This document shows, piece after piece, positions 41,167 to 50,593 of a stretch of DNA of 64,000 bases. The notes under the pieces were generated by a model, which did no database searches, was not told where the DNA came from, and worked only from the letters and a program-made list of their open reading frames with translations. Made by a program: the position numbers and the translations under genes. The DNA is from Rikenellaceae bacterium (lineage in GTDB: Bacteria; Bacteroidota; Bacteroidia; Bacteroidales; Rikenellaceae). The stretch spans positions 4,022-68,021 of the forward strand of contig CAWUYY010000011.1 in the NCBI GenBank assembly GCA_963926835.1. Direction: 5' to 3'. The stretch's first letter is position 1. Each line of letters starts with the position of its first letter.

Positions 41167-43539
41167 CTATGAGTTGGGTTGCCGGACGAATACGCAGCGG
41201 GTCGAGGGCTGGCGCGGATCGTACCCCTCGATACGCTGCAGCGAGCAGAGGATCTTCTCCTCGCCGATTTGCAGCCGGAAGGTCGAGGCGATGCAGGGAA
41301 CCGTCCGCTGGATCTGGAACAGGTTCTCGACCTCGTGCGGTTCGAGCCGCAGGTAGAGGGTGATGTATTGGCCGTGGCGCTGCTCTTCGGCCTGGGTCGT
41401 GTAGTAGCGGTTCAGTCCCGGGTGGCCGTTGCGATCCTCGAAGCCGAGGGTGAACCCCTCGTCGGCATCCTCGCGCAGGAAGGCGGCCAGCGGATAGCTC
41501 TTTCCGTTCGAGGGGAATCCCCACTGCTCGTCCGCGGGCAGGGGCTGCATGCCGCAGTAGCGGACGATGCGCGGAGAGAAGTTCCAGCGGTCCGAGGCAT
41601 CGCTGTCGTCGCGGTCGCCCACCTGCATGATCGAGGCGGAGGGGGCATCCGGATAGTGGTCCGTCTCGTTGACCGTCGGGGCAAAGAGCGGATTGACCAG
41701 ACTCTTCTCCCCCTCGAGGGCGGCTGCCGAGTCGTTGACCATGCGCCATTGGCCGAGCGGCTGCTCCAGCGTGGCGTCGAGCCGGCGGACGGCTCCGTCC
41801 CCCTCGCGGAACTTGTAGAGGCGCACCTGCTCGACCTCCTGGGCCAGATCGCTCAACTGAATCGGGTGCGAGAGGTCGATCTTCTCGCTCCAGTCGACCA
41901 CCCTGCCGAGGCGGAAGAAGTCGTCGCGTGGTTCGATGTAGACCTTCCGGGTCTCGGGGTCGGTGTAGAAGCAGAGGTTGAAGAGGTGCTGCAGCGCCTC
42001 CAGCACGACGATCCGGCGGATGCTGTGGCGTCCGACATCCTGGAAGGAGAGCTGCGTGTTCAGCCCGGGAGCCGACGAGAAGTCGGGCCGCAGGGTGCAT
42101 TCGCGGCTCAGCTGGAAGCTCATCCCCTCCTCGGCGCCGTAGAAGTAGAGGGTCGAGAAGGTCTTGGGCGAGGTGGGGGTGACCGTCACCGGATTGGTGC
42201 GCACGGTCATCTCGACCTCGGTCTGCCCCGTCTCCTCGATGTAGCCGTCGTAGAGGGCCCAGTCGCCCGGATAGAGGGTGTAGGTCGAGCTGCCGGCGCT
42301 CTTGTAGAGGAGCTGCGGAGAGGAGATCGTGTCGGCGGTCGGGGTGGTCAGGGCGGCCGAGCGGGATGAGAACTCCCCCACCACGTACCCCGCCGCACCG
42401 TTGCGGGTGCAGGTCAGCCGGTAGGAGTTGCCGGCGACGTGGTTGAAGACGATGGCCCGGTACTGGAAGTAGGGCTTGATCTGCGCGCGCCGGTCGGAGT
42501 AGCGGTTGGCCAGCTGCAGCTCGATCTGCGTGCCGTCGCCCAGATAGACCGAGTCGAAGCCCCGCAGCCGCGTGCGGGTGAGAATCCGGTGGGCGGTGAT
42601 GTAGCGGATGTGGTATTCGAAGCCGGTGGTGACCGAGGTGGTCGGGGTGAACTGAATCTCCCCCTCCTTGAGGGCGAAGCAGTGGTTGTTCGAGAAGGCG
42701 TCGGTCAGGGGCTCGCCCAGGTCGTTCTCGTCGTTCGGGTTGACCGTCTCGACAAAGTTGCCCACCGAGTTGAGGGTGCGGAAGGGGCTGGCATAGACCC
42801 GTCCGGCGCTGTTGGCGGTCGAGGCGGCCGTCGTCTTGCGGCGGGCGAGGAAGTCCATGTTCTTCCGCACGGCGTTCGTGTCGCGCGAGACGTAGGCGCC
42901 GCTCATGTAGAGCGAGCGGAAGAGGTCGCCTGCCATGAACTGGCTCACGATCGTGTAGCCCGACTCGGCGAAGATCGCCTCGACGACGGCCGCCACCGAG
43001 ATGAAGGGGTGGTAGTCGTCGGTCGAGAGGAGCCGCTCGACGGGGAGCAGGTCGGTCGAGGAGAGGCGGGGGGTGTATTCGTCGCGGTGGACGGGGAAGA
43101 ACTTCACGGGACTGTCGTTGCTCCAGCTCTGGACAATTGCCGTCGGACTCATGCGCGCCGAGAAGTCGATGGCGAGCGTGTTGAACATCTCGGAGGCGGC
43201 CTGCCGGGCCCACTCGGCCCGGCCGTAGGTCAGCTCGACGAGGTATCCCCCTTCGGGCCCCCTCTGCGCGCTCAACAGCCTGAGGGTGCCGCTGCGGAGG
43301 GTGGCCCCGTCGCAGCGCAGCGTTCCGCGGTGGGCGGTGTCGTTGAAGCGCACGCCCGTGCGAGGGTCGGTCGCAAGGCCGAAAATCCGGTCGTTGACGG
43401 GGGTCGACGGCAGGCGGATCTGCAGCGACTCCCCCTGCTGCCCGCTCCTGGGCTGGCTGAGTGTGGCGGCGTCGTAGGTCAGCGAGACGGCCAGCTGCTC
43501 GTCGGTGTCGCAGACCCGGTTGTCGATGATCAGCTCCAT
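41167..43539 (-). CDS. putative phage tail/baseplate protein
   Basis: 790 aa; N-terminal LIID...SLQIRLPSTPVNDRIFG and LQHLFNL...VYIEPRDDFF resemble Bacteroidota phage tail proteins. Confidence 0.6.
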   Translation of the reverse strand: MELIIDNRVCDTDEQLAVSLTYDAATLSQPRSGQQGESLQIRLPSTPVNDRIFGLATDPRTGVRFNDTAHRGTLRCDGATLRSGTLRLLSAQRGPEGGYLVELTYGRAEWARQAASEMFNTLAIDFSARMSPTAIVQSWSNDSPVKFFPVHRDEYTPRLSSTDLLPVERLLSTDDYHPFISVAAVVEAIFAESGYTIVSQFMAGDLFRSLYMSGAYVSRDTNAVRKNMDFLARRKTTAASTANSAGRVYASPFRTLNSVGNFVETVNPNDENDLGEPLTDAFSNNHCFALKEGEIQFTPTTSVTTGFEYHIRYITAHRILTRTRLRGFDSVYLGDGTQIELQLANRYSDRRAQIKPYFQYRAIVFNHVAGNSYRLTCTRNGAAGYVVGEFSSRSAALTTPTADTISSPQLLYKSAGSSTYTLYPGDWALYDGYIEETGQTEVEMTVRTNPVTVTPTSPKTFSTLYFYGAEEGMSFQLSRECTLRPDFSSAPGLNTQLSFQDVGRHSIRRIVVLEALQHLFNLCFYTDPETRKVYIEPRDDFFRLGRVVDWSEKIDLSHPIQLSDLAQEVEQVRLYKFREGDGAVRRLDATLEQPLGQWRMVNDSAAALEGEKSLVNPLFAPTVNETDHYPDAPSASIMQVGDRDDSDASDRWNFSPRIVRYCGMQPLPADEQWGFPSNGKSYPLAAFLREDADEGFTLGFEDRNGHPGLNRYYTTQAEEQRHGQYITLYLRLEPHEVENLFQIQRTVPCIASTFRLQIGEEKILCSLQRIEGYDPRQPSTRCVFVRQPNS

Positions 43540-44495
43540 GGCGATCGGGATTTGAGTTTCGGACGGATGCTCACCTCGATGCCGCAGAGGGTCCCGTGCC
43601 GGAAGAGGGGCTGCTCGGCCGGCAGCAGGTCGACCTCCTCGTACTGCCGGTCATCGACACGCCACACCTGCGGCGAGGAGAGGAGTTCGCCGAGGGCGGC
43701 GATCGTCGGGGCGGGTTCGTAGGCCGAGACGAGCGTGGTGATCTGCTGGCTCTCGATCCCCGTGCTGGTATACCCCCGGGTCGGGGTGTAGATCTGTTCG
43801 CGGGTTGTCTTCCGGACGATGCTCTTGACGACGGGGAAGGTGTAGTGCTCGATCGATCCGGCCGAGCTGCGCCAGGCCAGCCGGCACCCCTGTCTGCAGG
43901 GCGGGACGACGGCGTAGTCGATGCGGTCGATCGTCTCGCCTGCGACGATGATCTGAAGCGAGAGGCTCGTGATCGAGGGCTCGAAGTAGCCCGTCTCCAG
44001 CCGGAAGAGCGTGAGTGGCGCCCCCTTGTCGCAGGTGAAGGTGATCGGATAGGTGAGCGTGTCGCTTTGCAGCGAGATGGTGTAGTCGGAGGGGATCAGA
44101 CAGGTCAGTTCGTCGTATTCGCCGTAGGCGATGACTCTTCGCCGGGGCATGGCCGTCAGCAGCGCCGGGGCCGTCACCGCCCCGACCGAGGGGAGAAAGG
44201 TGCGCACCTCCGAGAAGGTATTCTCGCCGCCGAGTTGAATCGAGAGGCTGCGGTCCTGCGGCTCGTAGAAGCCGATGCGTCCGTCCTGGGGGGTGAACCG
44301 AACCCATTTGCGGATCACGGGGGCGATGTCGGTCGACCCGGACGAGACGTTGCAGAAGCGTTTGAACCCCAGGGTGGTGCCGGTCGTTACGTCCACGATG
44401 TCCAGTCGGAACTCCGGCGAGGCGGCTCCCGAAAAATTGTACGACAGAGTGCCGTAGAGGGAGGAGAATTGTGCGGGTAGTTTGGTGAAGTTCAT
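43530..44495 (-). CDS. putative phage tail structural protein
   Basis: 321 aa, beta-rich; C-terminal LAWRSSAGSIEHYTF...LGELLSSPQVW pattern; overlaps the next gene. Confidence 0.55.
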   Translation of the reverse strand: MNFTKLPAQFSSLYGTLSYNFSGAASPEFRLDIVDVTTGTTLGFKRFCNVSSGSTDIAPVIRKWVRFTPQDGRIGFYEPQDRSLSIQLGGENTFSEVRTFLPSVGAVTAPALLTAMPRRRVIAYGEYDELTCLIPSDYTISLQSDTLTYPITFTCDKGAPLTLFRLETGYFEPSITSLSLQIIVAGETIDRIDYAVVPPCRQGCRLAWRSSAGSIEHYTFPVVKSIVRKTTREQIYTPTRGYTSTGIESQQITTLVSAYEPAPTIAALGELLSSPQVWRVDDRQYEEVDLLPAEQPLFRHGTLCGIEVSIRPKLKSRSPWS

Positions 44496-44508
44496 GGCGG
44501 GATGGGAA

Positions 44509-44913
44509 TTAGAAGCAGGTGACCACGTCGGCCTTGGCCGTTTGCGAGAGTTCGCCGTGCTGGGTGTAGCTCCCCGCGCCGGGCTGGATCGTGAGGTTCT
44601 GTACGGTGACGACCTGGCTGTCGCGGCTCAGCCGGGTGAAGAGGTCGACCAGCTGCTCTTCGGCCAGGGCGCGTCGCTCGGCCCGTTGGGCGGCCTCCTG
44701 TTTCAGGGCGGGGAAGAGCAGCCGCAGCTCGACGCTGTAGGTCTGGCGGCCGTGGCGGCGCCACTCGATCGACTTCAGGCGGAGGGGCATGAGCCAGGCG
44801 GCGGGAAGCGAGGCGAGGGTCTGCGGAATGCGGTCGTCCGAATCCACGAGGAGGGTGTAGCCCAACTCGGCGGCCAGGGTGCGGATGGCTTGCTCCAGAT
44901 GGGTGCGATTCAT
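44509..44913 (-). CDS. hypothetical protein, possible tail-completion/terminator
   Basis: 134 aa first gene of the operon; size and alpha/beta pattern fit tail terminators (inference). Confidence 0.45.
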   Translation of the reverse strand: MNRTHLEQAIRTLAAELGYTLLVDSDDRIPQTLASLPAAWLMPLRLKSIEWRRHGRQTYSVELRLLFPALKQEAAQRAERRALAEEQLVDLFTRLSRDSQVVTVQNLTIQPGAGSYTQHGELSQTAKADVVTCF

Positions 44914-44998
44914 GTTGAAAACTGTTTGATAAGATGTTTACAAGTGTTGAAAACGACCTGTAAACAGTTGTTGAAAGGGTGATTGCGATTGTTGAAAA
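44913..44998 (-). promoter_or_regulatory. array of DnaA-box-like 9-mers in the operon leader
   Basis: TGTTGAAAA at 44913, 44945 and 44990; TGTTGAAAG 44969; TGTTTACAA 44935; CTGTAAACA 44958. Confidence 0.6.
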
Positions 44999-45116
44999 GA
45001 GAGCTCCCCGAGGTTGTCGATATGTAGAAAAGGGGAACTCCAGACAGGAAGAACGGGGACTTCGTGCGAAGATCGGCGATGGGATACGGCCCCCGCTGGA
45101 AAGGTTTTGACGGGAA

Positions 45117-45150
45117 CAAAGATACAACGGCTGAACAGGGGTTGTCAAGA
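45117..45150 (-). promoter_or_regulatory. Bacteroidota sigma-A type promoter for the phage-like operon
   Basis: -7 element TATCTTTG (rc of 45117-45124) with TTG about 21 nt upstream. Confidence 0.5.
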
Positions 45151-45344
45151 GTTTGAACGGGGAAAATTTGCAGCTCGGAGCAAATATATTTCCCGAAAAG
45201 TTTGTTCGCTTTGAGCGCGAACGGATTGGAAGGTGCGGTGCAGACTGCGATTTCCGTCCGGGAATTGCTTTTTTGAAATAAAATATCTACTTTTGTCGCG
45301 TAAATTGTTCTTTCGGAGGTCGAACTAATTTTTATTCCTTATGG

Positions 45345-46118
45345 ATGATGGTGTCGGTTGCACGTATAGCGGCAGTGTCGTATCTCGATACGATGCCATT
45401 CATTTATGGTATCCGTCACGAAGGTAATCTTCGTGCGGAGTTTCTGTTGTTATCTCCGTCCGATTGTTTGAAGCATTTTGTCGAGGGACAGGCCGACATG
45501 GCGCTGCTGCCCGCATCCGTCGTCCCTACGCTGAAGGCTTCGGAGATGATCACCGACTATTGCATCGGAGCCTCCGGCCCGGTTCGGACCTCGGTGCTGC
45601 TGAGCGACTCGCCCGTCGGTGAGATCAAACGGATCTTCGTCGATCCGGAGGCCCGTACCTCCGTGCAGCTGGCCGGATACCTGGCCGCCAACCGCTGGTC
45701 GATCGCGCCCGAGTGGTACGAGCTGAACGACCTCGGGGCACTCTCGAAGGGGACCCCGGGCGATGCCTTCCTGCTGGTGGGCGACAAGGTCTTCGACTTC
45801 GAGCGGCGCTTCGCCTGCGTGCTCGATCTGGCCGAAGAGTGGAAGGAGGCCACCTCGCTCCCCTTCGTCTTCTCGGTCTGGATGGCCCACAAGGGGACCT
45901 CGATCGAGGTGATGGATGCCCTGCAGCTGGCGCTGACCTTCGGTGTGGAGCACACCTACGAGGCAATTCTCGAGGCGGATCGCGGCATGGATCCCTGCGA
46001 AGCCTATCAATATCTGACACGCAACATCGACTATATCTTCGACGCGCAGAAGCGTCAGGCCCTGCAAAAGTTCTGGAGTGCCGGTCTGAAGATCGCCCCC
46101 CGGGTCAATCCCGGCTGA
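45345..46118 (+). CDS. mqnA: chorismate dehydratase MqnA-like (futalosine pathway)
   Basis: RIAAVSYL..PF.YG, RTSV, LLVGDK, DLAEEW...LPFVFSVW. Confidence 0.85.
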   Translation: MMVSVARIAAVSYLDTMPFIYGIRHEGNLRAEFLLLSPSDCLKHFVEGQADMALLPASVVPTLKASEMITDYCIGASGPVRTSVLLSDSPVGEIKRIFVDPEARTSVQLAGYLAANRWSIAPEWYELNDLGALSKGTPGDAFLLVGDKVFDFERRFACVLDLAEEWKEATSLPFVFSVWMAHKGTSIEVMDALQLALTFGVEHTYEAILEADRGMDPCEAYQYLTRNIDYIFDAQKRQALQKFWSAGLKIAPRVNPG

Positions 46119-46218
46119 AGGCCGTAGGCAGGGCATCGACCGCCGCGGGGCGGCCCCTGTCTTTGGATGAGTCCGCACAAGAGGGCGATTCGGGTAACCG
46201 AATAAAAACAGGGTGCTT

Positions 46219-47169
46219 ATGATTACGATTTATCTCAAACAATACAACAAGATCATCCGCAACGCCGATACCTCGCTCTTCGACGAGCTGGGGTATGACG
46301 ATATTTTGTGGATCGACATGCTGCAGCCGACGATCAAGGAGCAGAAGGCCGTTGAGAACTTCATGGAGATCAACCTGCAGACCAAGCAGCAGGTCGAGGA
46401 GATCGAGTCCACCTCGAAATACTCCGAGACGGAGAATGCGATCATCTCGAACGCCAACTTCTTCGTCCCGACCGAGGAGGGGTTCACCATCGAGCCCGTT
46501 TCGGTCATCATCTCCAACGAGGGTGTGATGGTCTCGGTGCGCGAGGCCGAGTCGCGCACCTTCCGCGAGACCGAAAAGCGGCTGCAGATCAACTACCGCA
46601 ACTACCCGACCGGCTATCACATCTTCATCACGCTGCTCGAGGTGCGAATCGACTACGATGCCGACATGGTCGAGTTTATTGCCCGCCAGGTATCTTCACT
46701 CAGCCGGGACATGAACGGCGAGAATTCGATCGACAAGGAGATCCTGCGCCGTATCAACCGGTTGCAGGAGAGTACGATGTTGCTGCGCGAGAACATCTTC
46801 GACCGCCAGCGGGTGCTGTCGAGCATCCTGCGAAGCGTCCGTTTCCCGAACGATATCTACCCGCGCCTGCAGCTGATGATCAAGGACGTCAATTCGCTGA
46901 TCAACCACGCCGACTTCAGCTTCCAGCGACTGGACTATATCCAGGATGCGGCGCTGGGTCTGATCAACATCGAGCAGAACGAGATCGTCAAGATCTTCTC
47001 GATTGCAGCTGTGGTCTTCATGCCGGCCACGCTGATTGCAAGTATCTACGGAATGAACTTCGCGATCCCCGAACTGCATTGGCGCTACGGGTATCTGTTT
47101 GCCCTCGGTCTGATGATCCTCTTCTCGGGGGCTACGATCTGGTTCTTTCGGTTCAAGAAGTGGCTCTGA
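46219..47169 (+). CDS. corA: magnesium transporter CorA
   Basis: C-terminal PATLIASIYGMNF...PELHWRYGY. Confidence 0.93.
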   Translation: MITIYLKQYNKIIRNADTSLFDELGYDDILWIDMLQPTIKEQKAVENFMEINLQTKQQVEEIESTSKYSETENAIISNANFFVPTEEGFTIEPVSVIISNEGVMVSVREAESRTFRETEKRLQINYRNYPTGYHIFITLLEVRIDYDADMVEFIARQVSSLSRDMNGENSIDKEILRRINRLQESTMLLRENIFDRQRVLSSILRSVRFPNDIYPRLQLMIKDVNSLINHADFSFQRLDYIQDAALGLINIEQNEIVKIFSIAAVVFMPATLIASIYGMNFAIPELHWRYGYLFALGLMILFSGATIWFFRFKKWL

Positions 47170-47361
47170 TACAGCCATTTGAAAAAGTATGAGGCGGTCC
47201 TTCCCCACAGGGAGAGGGGCCGCTTTCGTGTTGTTACGGGCGGACGATCCGCCCCGGTCGAGGAGGGCGGATCATCCGCTCGGGGTTCCGGCGTGGAGTT
47301 TTGCCCGTTTTTGCGACCGAAAGCCAAATAAATTTCGTACATTTGCCAATTATATTGCGTT

Positions 47362-48834
47362 ATGCTTGAGAAGTTAGCGAAACAGACTGCCATCTATGGC
47401 ATTAGCACGATCCTCGGCCGGTTTCTGAGCTACCTGCTGACCCCTTTCTATACCCGGGTGTTCGATGCGGCGACCTACGGAATCACGGTCGACGTCTATG
47501 CCCTCATCCCCCTTGCGCTGGTGCTGCTCACGATGGGAATGGAGTCGGGCTACTTCCGTTTCGCGGCCAAGGCCGACGAGCAGGGGGGCGACGTGCAGGC
47601 AGCCAAGCGGCGCCTCTTTGCCACCACCTGGGGTACGACCTCGCTGGCGGCACTTCTCTTTTTCGTCGTGCTGGTGATCTTCTGCCAGCCGGTTTCGGGC
47701 TGGATGGGTGAGGCCTATGCGGCGCACCCCGACTACCTGGTTTGGGTGGCGGCAATCATCCTGCTCGACGTCTCGACGGCCATCCCCTACGCCCGCCTGC
47801 GGGAGCAGGGCCGAGCCGGACGCTATGTCGGCATCCGCCTCTTCAGCGTGGTGGTCAACGTCGTGCTGGCCTTCGCTTTCGGATTCGCCAGACTCTACGA
47901 AACTCAGTTCGGTGTGGGTTGGGTCTTCGTGGCCAACTTTGTGGCCAGTGCCTTGACGCTGGTGGTAATTCTTCCGACGACCGATCGGGTGCTGCCCCGT
48001 ATCGACCGCAAACTGCTGTCTCGGGTATTGATCTATTCGCTCCCGTTGATGGTAAGCGGATTTGCCGGTACGGCTAACGAATTTATCGATCGTCAGATGA
48101 TCAAGTTCCTCGTTCCGGAGGATGCGATGGCTCAAATGGGCATCTACGGCGCGATCGTGAAGATCGGCGTGGTCATGGTCCTCTTTACGCAGATGTACCG
48201 CCTGGCGGCCGAGCCCTTCTTCCTGGCCGACTACAAGAAGTCCGATTTTGTGACGATGAATGCCGTCGCGTTGAAATATTTCGTGCTGGCCTCGATGTTT
48301 ATCTTCCTGGGGATTGTCTTCTTCCGGGATCTCTTTGCGCTGATCGTCGGCCCCGAGTTCCGACAGGGAATCGGCATCCTGCCGGCGGTGCTGGGGGCCA
48401 ACATCCTGAGCGGCGTCTGGCTCAACCTCTCGTTCTGGTACAAACGCGAGGAGCGAACCTCCTTCGCGATCCTGGTAACATTTGTGGGACTGCTCTTTAC
48501 GGTGGTCTTCAATGTGATTTTTGTGCCGCGTTGGGGATACTACGGAGCCGCCTGGGCGCGTTTAATCTGCGAGGCGGCGATGGTGGTTGTCAGCTTCTAC
48601 CTGAACCGCCGCTTCTTCCCGACCCCCTACCCGGTGCGCCGGATCGCCGAATATGTGGTGCTGGCGCTGCTGATCTACGGGGCGAGCGTGTTGGTGGACC
48701 GCCAGGGCGCTCCGGCGGTGGCCCGCTATGCAATTAACCTGGTGCTGCTGGCCGCCTATACGCTCTATGCCGTCCGCCGCGAGCGGATCGACGTGAAGGG
48801 GCTGCTCCGCTCGGTGCTGCACCGGGGGCGGTGA
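47362..48834 (+). CDS. polysaccharide/lipid flippase (Wzx/MATE-like)
   Basis: LAKQTAIYG, many TM segments, YRLAAEPFF. Confidence 0.8.
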   Translation: MLEKLAKQTAIYGISTILGRFLSYLLTPFYTRVFDAATYGITVDVYALIPLALVLLTMGMESGYFRFAAKADEQGGDVQAAKRRLFATTWGTTSLAALLFFVVLVIFCQPVSGWMGEAYAAHPDYLVWVAAIILLDVSTAIPYARLREQGRAGRYVGIRLFSVVVNVVLAFAFGFARLYETQFGVGWVFVANFVASALTLVVILPTTDRVLPRIDRKLLSRVLIYSLPLMVSGFAGTANEFIDRQMIKFLVPEDAMAQMGIYGAIVKIGVVMVLFTQMYRLAAEPFFLADYKKSDFVTMNAVALKYFVLASMFIFLGIVFFRDLFALIVGPEFRQGIGILPAVLGANILSGVWLNLSFWYKREERTSFAILVTFVGLLFTVVFNVIFVPRWGYYGAAWARLICEAAMVVVSFYLNRRFFPTPYPVRRIAEYVVLALLIYGASVLVDRQGAPAVARYAINLVLLAAYTLYAVRRERIDVKGLLRSVLHRGR

Positions 48835-48941
48835 GAATACGGAAAAAAATAGCTATCTTGTAGCAGTGCCCGGCAGCGGGCGAATACGGTAAGCAGTGGG
48901 GGCGAATGCCCCGGATAAGATATAACGGAGGACAATTTGTT

Positions 48942-50087
48942 ATGCGGTTTGCGGATGTCGTAGGACAGGAGGAGTTGAAGCGCCACCTGGTGCAGGGGGC
49001 CGATGCCGGGCGGGTGAGCCACGCCCAGCTCTTCATCGGGAAGCCCGGTGCCGGGACGCTGCCTCTGGCGCTGGCCTACGTGCAGTACCTGAACTGCACC
49101 CGCCGCCACGACGGCGACTCCTGCGGCGAGTGTCCCAATTGCCGTCAGATCACGGCGCTCGCCCACCCCGACCTGCACTTCGTCTTCCCGGTCAACAAGC
49201 AGGGCAAGAAGTCGGGCGAGGTGGTTCTGAGCGACAGTTTCATGCCGCTCTGGCGGACGCTGGTGAGCGAGACGGGGGGCTACTTCAACGCCCGGGAGTG
49301 GTACGACCGGCTGGATCTGGGACGGACGCTCAAGGGGATCATCGCGGCGCGCGAGGCCGACGAGATCATCCGCAAGCTCTCGCTCAAGAGCTATTCGGCC
49401 GAGTACAAGTGCGTGGTGATCTGGCAGCCCGAGGCGATGAACGAGGAGACTGCCAACAAGATCCTCAAGATTCTCGAGGAGCCGTGGGAGAAGACCCTCT
49501 TCCTGCTGGTGAGCGAGCGGCCCGACCTGCTGCTGCCGACGATCCTCTCACGCGTGCAGGAGATCGCGGTGCCGGGGCTGACCGACGAGGTGGTGCGGCA
49601 GCTGATCGAGCGGCACGGGGAGAGCGACCCGGCGAAGATCCGCACCCTCACGCGGCTGGCCGGCGGTGACCAGATCGAACTGGACCACCTGCTGGCGGGC
49701 GAGGGGGATGAGATGCGCCGGGAGAATTTCGAGCTGTTCTGTTCGCTCATGCGACTGAGCTACAACGACAAGCACCTCGAACTGATGGCCTGGGCCGAGG
49801 AGGTGGCGCAACTCTCCCGCGAGGGGCAGCGCGCTTTCCTGAAGGACATGGTGCGGCTGTTGCGCGAGAGCTACCTGCTGCACGCGGGGCTGGCCGAGAT
49901 CAGCGGCGTGTGGGGCGAGGAGGCAAAATTTTGCCGCAACTTCGCGCCGTTCGTGGGCAACGAGAACATCGAGCCGCTGGTCGAGCAGGTCGAAACGGCG
50001 TTGGCGCAGATTTCGCAGAATGGGAATCCGACCATTGTCTTCACCCATTTTGCATTGAGTGTAAGTAAGATGATAAAACGAAAATAG
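48942..50087 (+). CDS. holB: DNA polymerase III subunit delta'
   Basis: FADVVGQ, SHAQLF, zinc CGECPNC, HPDLHF, NKILKILEEP, LPTILSR. Confidence 0.9.
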   Translation: MRFADVVGQEELKRHLVQGADAGRVSHAQLFIGKPGAGTLPLALAYVQYLNCTRRHDGDSCGECPNCRQITALAHPDLHFVFPVNKQGKKSGEVVLSDSFMPLWRTLVSETGGYFNAREWYDRLDLGRTLKGIIAAREADEIIRKLSLKSYSAEYKCVVIWQPEAMNEETANKILKILEEPWEKTLFLLVSERPDLLLPTILSRVQEIAVPGLTDEVVRQLIERHGESDPAKIRTLTRLAGGDQIELDHLLAGEGDEMRRENFELFCSLMRLSYNDKHLELMAWAEEVAQLSREGQRAFLKDMVRLLRESYLLHAGLAEISGVWGEEAKFCRNFAPFVGNENIEPLVEQVETALAQISQNGNPTIVFTHFALSVSKMIKRK

Positions 50088-50089
50088 CT

Positions 50090-50593
50090 ATGGCAAGAGC
50101 GATTATCCTGATGGGGGGCAACGTGGGCGACATGAAGAGCCGCCTGCAGCAGGCGCAGCGGTTGATCAACCGGAGCGTGGGCCCCGTCATGCGGTGCTCT
50201 CACCGCTATACGACACCTGCCTGGGGGTTCGATTCGGACGAATTCTCGAACCAGGCGGTCGAGGTGGATACCGATCTTCAGCCCGAGGCCCTGCTGGACG
50301 CCCTGCAGGGGATCGAGCGGGAGTTGGGTCGCGACCGTGAGGCCGAGGCGGCCGAGAAGGGTCGCACCGGCGCACGCTATTCGGCGCGCAAGATCGATCT
50401 GGACATCCTCTTCTACGACGACGAGGTGATTCATACCGAGCGGCTTACCGTCCCGCATCCGTTGATTCAGGAGCGGGAGTTCGTGCTGACGCCCCTCTGC
50501 GAGTGGATGCGCGACTATCGCCACCCGGTGCTGGGGAAGAGCATCGGCGAGCTGCTCGACGAACTAAAAAAGAGGGGAAATGAGAAAGCGTAA
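50090..50593 (+). CDS. folK: HPPK
   Basis: GGNVGD, IERELGR, RKIDLDIL, LTVPHP, REFVL. Confidence 0.93.
   Translation: MARAIILMGGNVGDMKSRLQQAQRLINRSVGPVMRCSHRYTTPAWGFDSDEFSNQAVEVDTDLQPEALLDALQGIERELGRDREAEAAEKGRTGARYSARKIDLDILFYDDEVIHTERLTVPHPLIQEREFVLTPLCEWMRDYRHPVLGKSIGELLDELKKRGNEKA

Larger units (their letters stand above)
37052..44913 (-). mobile_element. phage-derived virion structural operon without integration/replication/packaging genes (domesticated prophage or GTA-like)
   Basis: Eight co-directional, closely spaced ORFs including portal, Clp protease and capsid-like genes, between rplY and mqnA. Confidence 0.7.

Noticed and set aside
40448-43213. 921-aa minus-strand ORF
   Set aside because: Alternate-frame shadow of the 790-aa gene; only the last ~120 codons are real (protease C-half)
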